Assembly (NCBI GenBank): GCA_002633005.1
Contig: NMRA01000334.1
Span: forward strand, 229,280-274,860
Source of the DNA: Phoronis australis
Lineage: Eukaryota; Animalia; Phoronida
Length of the DNA stretch: 45,581 nt
Reading direction: 5' to 3'
The notes below the pieces were generated by a model. That model ran no database searches, had not been told where the DNA came from, and saw only the letters and a list, made by a program, of their open reading frames with translations. Positions 38,009 to 45,581 of the stretch are shown here, piece by piece (the stretch's first letter is position 1; the number at the start of each line of letters is the position of its first letter). The position numbers were made by a program, and so were the translations under genes.

Positions 38009-38576
38009 GAATTTCTGCTGTTTGTGCCGAACAGGAACGCCAATACACTTCTCCCCATCATACAACGGTCCACCTTGCCCGGCTCCGTCATCCACAGCGA
38101 CATGTGGGCTGCCTGCAACGGTATCTCCAACCTCCCCGTTCTGCCACCGTACAGTATATCCACCAGACCGTCAACCATACCATGAACTTCGTTGATCCAA
38201 AAACTGGCACACACACGAAGTTCTCCCCGACATATGTTGGACGTGCATCTTGACGAGTTGATGTGACGGGAACGTTACGCGGGCAACAGCGGTTGACAGA
38301 CGTTTTTCACGATAGTCGACCACATAGCGCTGTGGTACCCCACTCCTTGAGTATCAAAAACCCAACGGCCCTTTTAAGAGTAACTCACTCAAACCTCGTT
38401 GCTCAAGTGGCAAAAAACCAACGGCCCTTTTAAGGGTCACTCACTACTTCCCAATTGGGGTGTTTTACTTGAACTTTTCTACAACACTACAACGTCCGCC
38501 TGAACATGACTTCTAACAAACAAAAGTAAAATTTCTTCACAATTTATAGTTTACAATAAAAATGTATACCATTACC
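38009..38576 (+). mobile_element. Merlin (IS1595/ISXO2-like) transposase remnant with 3' end
   Basis: VPNRNANTLLPII....PGSVIHSDMWAA...HQTVNHTMNFVDPKTGTHT [deletion] HLDELM*RERY...HIALWYP* (to 38350). A ~35-bp direct repeat lies at ~38356 and ~38412. Possible right TIR ending ATTACC at 38576. Confidence 0.85.
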
Positions 38577-39189
38577 AGGCCTGCACTATAATTGGTGCAA
38601 TACTGACTCAAGAATTAATGATTAATTCTTTCACTGCTTCTATGATAAGCAGATAATCCTTTTAAACTAAGTTACAATTACAGACGAAATTCATTTTGCT
38701 TTTAGGCACCACACATCAAAGGTCGGACGGCACTAGCACGATTTGTAACTTTACATGCTTGAATGAAACGCGAAAAACGACACCAGCCTTCCTTGATCCA
38801 GAAACACTTGGAATCACCCAAATATAAACGAAGCGACGAGATTTATCCGGATTTTCCTTCCTTGACGTTGTGACGCATCGTTTCCTTACCCTGTAAATGA
38901 TTACACACAATCGCCGGTAAGTGTCAGGCACCCCTACGACATCACTGTACGGTTAACCGACTGGTGATAAAGTTGGCAAAAAACTCTAACTTCAAAGTCA
39001 ATTAATTAAAAATTGAATGAAGGTATGGTAAAACTAACAACACAGACCATTTTTTATTGCCTTGTAAACACGTGGATACTAAAATCATGATCCTAGGTAA
39101 AAAAATTAAAGAAGTTATGGTGGTCTAAAGTGGGACTGCTTCTTGGGTGGTTGATTAATTGATACATGTATGTAACGAATCTTGTGTTA

Positions 39190-40135
39190 TAGACCGGGAT
39201 CCCAGAGCTTTTTTGGGCATGAAAAGGTAACCAATTTTCTTTGGTGCCACAGTGCTCTGTGGGTATACTGATGCTTGGAAGTGGCCGTCTGGCAGGTTCG
39301 CTCTGGTGGGTGTGGTTAGCGGAGCCAAGAGAATGACACTCAAAAATTGAGCTAGATCAACTTTTCTGGTAACCACTTCAAACCGCCTTGGATACCTCCT
39401 ACGTAATCCACTGTATCAAAATTGGTCACTCCCAGACAATGTCAGTGCTGGGGAGTATCAGCCAGACGGTTATAAACAAGGTGCAAAAATTGAGCTAGAT
39501 CAATCCAAGAGGTAACCGCGTGAAACCAGTTTCAAAATATTCACCGTGAGCCCAGGCATCACGAATGAACACTGCGAGACACATCTAGTGGTGGGTTAGC
39601 CCCGCCAGACACGCCCAAATACCCGAGTTGAGCTAGATCAACCCACCAGGTAACCGTTTGAAACCATTTGCACGATGTTCAGCATCACTGTACATGACAC
39701 AAGTGTTAGATGCCAGACATTTTCAGTGGTGGGTTGCCCCTGTCAGACGATTATCAAAAAGGGTTAAAAATTGAGCTAGATCAACCCAAGAGGTAACCGC
39801 TTAAAACCATTTCCAAAATATTCACCGTAAGCCCAGATATCGCGAATAAACACTGCCAGACAAATCAAGTGGTGGGTTGTCTCCGCCAGACACACCCAAA
39901 GACCTGAGTTGAGCTAGATCAACCCAAGAGGTAACCGCATGAAACCAGTTGCAATATATTTGCCGTAAGCCCAGGTATCAAGAATAAATACTGCCAGACA
40001 CATCTAGAGGGGGTTTATCCCCGCTAGACACGCACAAGTACCTGAGTTGAGCTAAATCAACCCACCAGGTAACCGTTAGAAACCAATCGTCCGATGTTCA
40101 GCATCACATCCACGTGGCATAACAGTAAGATGCCC
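39190..40135 (+). mobile_element. Left terminal region of a second Academ copy with six ~140-bp subterminal tandem units
   Basis: Begins TAGACCGGGATCCC (inverse of 5314-5327). TTGAGCTA(G/A)ATCAA at 39347, 39490, 39628, 39771, 39909 and 40047. Confidence 0.8.
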
Positions 40136-40644
40136 CAATCAGACAAATAAAGAGTCGAAACAAAATGGATTATACATGTAAGCCCATTCCCAATGAATAA
40201 GCATCACATTGAGGAACCAGGCACTTCGATTTTTAACAAAGCCACTGAGTCCGTACGACATAGGTTACCACACAAGGTGAAAGATTTTTGTCCGCAAGTT
40301 TACGTCAGAGCATGAAAACCAGAAGCATCGCGCCTGGTGTCGCAGCGACCTCACAAGTCCAAGCGAAAACAGCGGAATACTCCACATGATTCACTTTTAA
40401 ATAGCACATTGTGTTTGCACGAATTTCGATTTTTCGTTGTCCTATTCTTCCAGTCTAAGCTGCGTCCCTCTGTTTTCAGACGAGTCATTTGATGCAACTG
40501 CTAAAACGAATAATAACCAAAATGCCGTCACTTGCGGTCTTCTGCGTTATGTACATGTATGCGCGCCAACTACCTTCATTTCACCCAATGATTATTGGCA
40601 AATTTGGCAAAATTTATCAGTTTTAGGCAATCTCCATCTTTATA

Positions 40645-40848
40645 GTAAACCGAGCGCACAGAGAACTCCCGAGATGCGTCAAGAACAATGACGTCAGTGG
40701 CTGTATTAACATTTTCCCGGCTATGCTAGATGTATACTTTACCCAGAACCGCCCAAACTACGCCACATGGGATCATTGTTTTACCAAAAGTTGAAATTTG
40801 CAGACACAATATTACGTAAAGTGCTGGAAAACGGTGCGTTCTCAGTGC
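40645..40848 (+). pseudogene. Internal Academ transposase fragment
   Basis: Clear nucleotide paralog of ~3643-3846 (NRAHREL..RCVK.ND...RPNYA.W...YQKLKFAD..LENGAFSV). Confidence 0.85.
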
Positions 40849-42436
40849 TCCCAGGAAGAGATAACCAGGAAGGGACAACTGTTTTAGCGCATTTTAACAG
40901 ATATTCAAAAGTGATTTCAAAAGTATATTTGTTACAGTCGTCTGGAATCCAAGCATTGTGTTTGAATACTTAACTCTTTAGCTATAAAATGACACCACTT
41001 TGGTCCCCAAAGACTGCATATTAATGGCACTAGGATGCTTTGAACATGACTTGTTTTACCCTTAAAAAGATGCCTCTTCCCAGGCATGTACTCGGGCATG
41101 ATCCTCTTTTTTGAACCAACAGATGTCACTTACATATGCAAATGAGGCTCGCATCTCCTACGTCATATGACGTCATACGATGTCATACGACGCGAACTTC
41201 CAATTTGAACCCTCCGGTGACTTGAAACGCAGTTCTATCTGATTGGGCAGATCTAAGAAAATTAAGAACTCACACAAGTCAATGTTTAAAGAACATTGAA
41301 TGGTTTCACATGAAAATACATTTAATTGTATTTGGATACGCTTGCATATGTGTAAGCGTGGACTTTGTCATTTTGCTTAAATCCAGATTTAGCAGCAGGT
41401 GTTAGTCAAGAAATTAGCTGCTCCCGCCAGGTGGCAGGTGTCGTGGCATCCGAGTCGTCGGGAAATCCGATCCATGCATGCGCAATTTGACGAACTAATG
41501 CTAGTCGCTAGTCAGCTCCGCTATGATTCATTTGAGACGTGCGGCTTAACTCGAACCTATACCCGTGTTCTGGCTCCAAGGTCGTTTTGTTTGACCCAGT
41601 TTCGGGAAAAGTTTATTTTAATACGGTCATTTCCTGAAGAATTTTTTGAAAGATATGATCCCGAAATCCTTGGCCTATAGAGCAGTATCAAAATTCATTG
41701 CTGAAACACAGCCACTGGTCCAGCTTCTGCCGCCGGGCGGCTGGGGAAAATGCTATGGAACGCGTGTCCCAAAAATGCACACACTTCAACTGCTGCAGTT
41801 CAAGTTCTTTTCCCGTCAATCACTATGCGCGGATTCTACGCGGGGAGCCAACACCTAATTTTTAACGTGAGTGCGTCACTGAGTCACGACGTGTCCAGCC
41901 TTTGCTGTATGCACGGGAATGTCAAGCAAACGATTCGGTTTAGAAGAACCTAAATTCATTGCACAATACTACTGGGAACTACAAGCATCAAGGAAATGCA
42001 AAGACAATCTTTCCAAATTTACGAGCATTGACTTGAATTTATTTTTCGATCCCATCTACGGTTTGTAAATTTTTAAATTTCTTTAGTCTAATTTTTTAAA
42101 AATTCAATACATTCATGAATATCACTGTTATCGTTTAGAGTCCTTCTTTGCGATATGGTGGTCTGATGATGGTTCGAATTTTTGCAAGTCCGTCCTTCAG
42201 CCTTCAACTAAGTTCAGTGACGCATCGCCATTTCTCACAAGACAGCTCCTGTGCTGTGCACGAATGTTTTGTGTTTTTGATGAATTTGAAATCTCAACTT
42301 CCCCTCGTGAGTACTTGGCAGTGTCATGTCGGAGGTGTATAGAGGGCGCAGCACTGAAAAAAGTGGGGGCTAAAGCCCCCTCAGCCCCCCTGCAGTGCAC
42401 CGCCTATGGACCATTGAAAAACTTGAACTGAATAAA

Positions 42437-44374
42437 AGGAGAATGCCACCCGATTCAATTAAACTTGTTTGCCTTATTAATTGGTCTATATGCACATCGC
42501 CTCGCTCACGGTCAACCTTATCTTGCCAAGAGGTGTCTCGTTAACCTGTGAGGAAGGTGAGAAACGACGCTAGCGACGTCAGTGGTTCATCTGCACTAAA
42601 TGAGAGTGAATGCCGCTATGTTGCGGTGCATCGTTCCCGCTTGTGCGAGCTATGCAGCTGCGAGGAAAGCGGGAATATCGTTTTTTCGACTTCCTCGAGA
42701 GTCCAAAATGTTTAGGAAGTGGATCGCAGTAGTGAAGAATGAAAAGTACGCTGTAAATAGCAAGTATGAGGCCGTGGAACATCTCCTTGTCTGTGACCTG
42801 CAGTGGTCGACAGCCGCGTGAGTGCCTGACGAATCCCAGCTTGCCAAATAACTATCCCTACGTTCCGTTGTCTGAGCTTGTTCACGGCGCCTCTTTAGTA
42901 TTTCTTCATCACTGTATTCCTGTTCGAACTGATAGCCTGTGAAACCTAAAGATCCACCTGCGAAGTCTTCGTCGGGACTGATGAGCTCTCGTCTAAGTCG
43001 CGGGGGATTGCGAGTTGCCATGTTGACGTTTATCACTGAGCTTTCTGTTTCAAAATGAATTATTCTCACCCTAACCAATATACTGAAACAAAGTCTGTCT
43101 CATTAGATGCAATTTGTAATGCCTTTGGAGTGTTCCTGAGTGCAAACATGATTTGAGAAGCCAGCAATGAATAAATCCCTGCGTTACCGGCTTTAAGTGC
43201 AATAAAACTAATTGACGGGACACCGAGGCCGTGTGAGCTCATGCTAATTTAGTGTTAGATGGCAGAAACTGTTGTGAAACAACTCGATTTCCATCCCACG
43301 GCCAGGTGTTAGGGGAATCTTTATTTATATTTACATTATTCAAATAATGATTGTCAATGTACAGCTTCTGCCCTGACCATGCGCGCACCCAGGGGGGCTC
43401 GGGGGCTCGAACGAGCTAGGGCAAAGTGGCGAAGTGGACAAAAAGGTCCGCCTCTGGGAAACAAAAAGTCCGAGAAAATGAGACTAAAGTCCTCTAAATA
43501 AGCACAATCGCGCAGTTCACAGTGGTGCCCCGTTTTTTTTAGCTCACCCGCTTTTTTCTTATCAAAAGGTCCACAACGTCAGAAATTCGAGCCCCCCCAT
43601 ATTGAAGGCTGGGTGTGCGCATGCTGACGGTGCTGTGGACAAAGCGGAATCTGAATTCGCGGCCCCGACGAGTAAGTAGATTTGCAGTTTCGTGGCTAAT
43701 TCACCAACATAATCACGTGCACATTACTTTGGCTCACTAGTATAGTATTTTCCTGACTAGAAGTTTAGTTTCCAACTTTGGCTGGTTTATGTTCGTGATG
43801 TCTGATCAGTTTCCGAGCCACTGGTTGGGATAACGAATCAATCCGGCCGGCCGCGACGGGCCTGACCGGGCTCCGAGCCACTGGCCAGGATAACGAGCGT
43901 TTTGCGTGTTTAGAACTCAAAAAATTCTAAACAACACAGACTAGGTTATCCTGTCTGTATCTCACGGAAAAATACTTCGAATTTATCTCCGAAAAGACCC
44001 CAAACTCCTGCTACGGACCTTATTGGAATGCCGAACCGTTGTAGGCTACGGCCGTGTCCAAATACCAATAAATCCGTAACAACGAAATAAAACAACACGT
44101 TTTTATACGAACTCGGTGTATGTTTAAGGGTTTTACATCGAAGTTTGATGATTTATTGGTGTAAAACGATGAATTCAAGCGATAAGCTGACACCAGTAAC
44201 CCGTGTTGTGAACTGCTGAACAGACTGTCTGTGAAACCAATTACGTCATTGGATAATTTCAAAACCTCAGTCTGCCGTCAGGTGTCAGGTAACGCAACCG
44301 CACGTGCCGTTATGGAGTAGAACTACTCGATCTAAATTGATACAAATTAGGTTGTTTTTGGTTGGCAAGCTCCT
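42437..44374 (+). mobile_element. Non-autonomous Kolobok element, copy 3
   Basis: TAAA / TTAA flanks. TIRs AGGAGAATGCCACCC / GGTTGGCAAGCTCCT. THAP ORF from 42618 (MLRCIVPAC...FFRLPRE..FRKW...VCDLQ) and convergent - strand ORF remnant GYQFEQEYSDEE...SW. Confidence 0.9.
43378..43623. mobile_element. 246-bp MITE with 5-bp TSD nested in Kolobok copy 3
   Basis: TIRs CATGCGCGCACCCAG / CTGGGTGTGCGCATG. TSD CTGAC at 43373-43377 and 43624-43628. The empty site GCCCTGACGG is visible in copy 2 (~29566-29575, - strand). Confidence 0.9.
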
Positions 44375-44919
44375 TTAATAGGCTCCGCAAAATTTTTGCT
44401 GTACAAATTTTCTCGAATTTTCGAAATACATTTATGAATGGTTAAGTACACATTTTCAAGAGCGCTTAGACGACCTATGCTGCAAAAACGGAGACCCTAA
44501 CAACAATTGTCCTGGTCAGGGCCCTCATACACTGATACCGAGTTTTCAAACTTCTCTTGAGTTTTCTCTCTGATCAGTATTCGAAGTTTTTCCTTTTTGT
44601 CTTTCCCCATCCCTACACCTTCGTCAGTTGCCATGGTTTAACCCTGAGGCATGCAATTTTTTAGGGGTGGCACTCGCCCTCCCCCCGCTTACTAAAGTCC
44701 TGATGCAAGGAGTCCATCGTTGGTCCAAGGTCAATGCTGTGTTTCAACACGCACTCGTTGTATAGCTTGAGCATTAAATTAAAGGTTTAAGAAATACAGG
44801 AGCAGTTTTGCGCATTTAATTGTGCGTGTAAATGTTTTTATGGATTCGTACCGAATTTGTTGCTGCAACATGTCTCATGGGCCTGTACCCGGCGCGTGAT
44901 CACAAATGTGGACACTAAT

Positions 44920-45251
44920 GGGGCTATTCGGAGAATTCTCCTCGGGGTGTCGCTGCTGTACTAGTGGTGATTGAATTGCGCATGCGTGGCTATCTGCATG
45001 TAAACAACTGGTAAAAGATGGAATTTTTATCAAAATACGTCGTCGCGCTAAGCCTTATTACTGCTAATTTCCGTGGTGCAAGTCTTCGACAGGTGGCCAC
45101 AAATTCCCAAAAGACCTAAGGTTACTATATTTGTGGACAATTGCGGTCAACAGGGTCAATTAACTGACAAAAAGTGTGTGGATGCTGAAGCCCCGTGTGT
45201 GTTCTATGACTATGCAGTTCCCGGCATTCGGAGACTACACAACATTACTTG
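44920..45251 (+). mobile_element. ISL2EU-like element left end (family GGGGCTATTCGG) with THAP exon remnant; may continue past 45251
   Basis: AT|GGGGCTATTCGG terminus. YC*FPWC....HKFPKD.....WTIAVNR......W....VCS at 45059-45210. Donor GTAAGT at 45252. Confidence 0.7.
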
Positions 45252-45581
45252 GTAAGTTTTAGCAATCAGTTTCTATCAACATTGTTCGGTGATGTTGTAC
45301 CCACCAGTTACCCCACTGAATAACAGGTTTGTTGAGTGGAACTAAGTGTTTCTTTTTGGAAACTCACCCGATGCCGGGTAGGCTAGCAGCACATATTCAT
45401 ATTGTCCTGGGTGGGAGTGCTCCCAAAATAAGAGGTGTGTGGTACGTGATGCACAGAAGTCAATAGTGACTTTTTCACAGCAGTTTCCCTTCAAAGCTAT
45501 GCTGTTTCCAATAAAATTCTCTAGATGAGTGAGTTTCCTTATTTTATCATGGACCCCACCCCCAGGACCACCAGCTCAGTT

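Noticed and set aside
39340-40135. CRISPR-like regularly spaced repeat
   Set aside because: The sequences between the conserved cores are homologous to each other (whole-unit tandem repeats), the context is eukaryotic and there are no cas genes.
41136-41195. Octamer ATGCAAAT plus tandem CGTCATA(T/C)GA repeats as a regulatory element
   Set aside because: No associated gene or RNA was identified; such motifs arise commonly in TE ends.
42338-42408. Tiny hAT-like MITE remnant (similar remnants at ~15507-15575 and ~27476)
   Set aside because: TIRs are degenerate and no TSD is recoverable, so it is not supportable as a defined feature.

Overview
Eukaryotic, transposon-dense genomic DNA from an animal, probably a marine invertebrate (inferred from spliceosomal introns, the TE families present and strong TACATGTA enrichment). 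There is one assembly gap (28072-28227). The host content is two tandem paralogous + strand genes, each seen only as a 273-bp phase 1-1 WSC-domain exon followed by a terminal Cys-rich PAN/Apple-like exon; their 5' exons were not found. Most of the rest is decayed DNA transposons: Academ (a long transposase pseudogene plus a second copy with ~140-bp subterminal repeats), three TTAA-flanked Kolobok derivatives, two AT-flanked ISL2EU-like families, Merlin, hAT/Harbinger-type MITEs and CR1/L2-type LINE fragments. The standout is a 3.2-kb element (32208-35408) with 48-bp CAC...GTG TIRs and a perfect 5-bp TSD, the Transib/RAG signature. It carries a fossil RAG1-N-terminal-like domain on the - strand and, convergent to it where ProtoRAG has RAG2L, a decayed C2H2 zinc-finger gene. 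All family assignments are by eye from motifs and termini; no database search was run.
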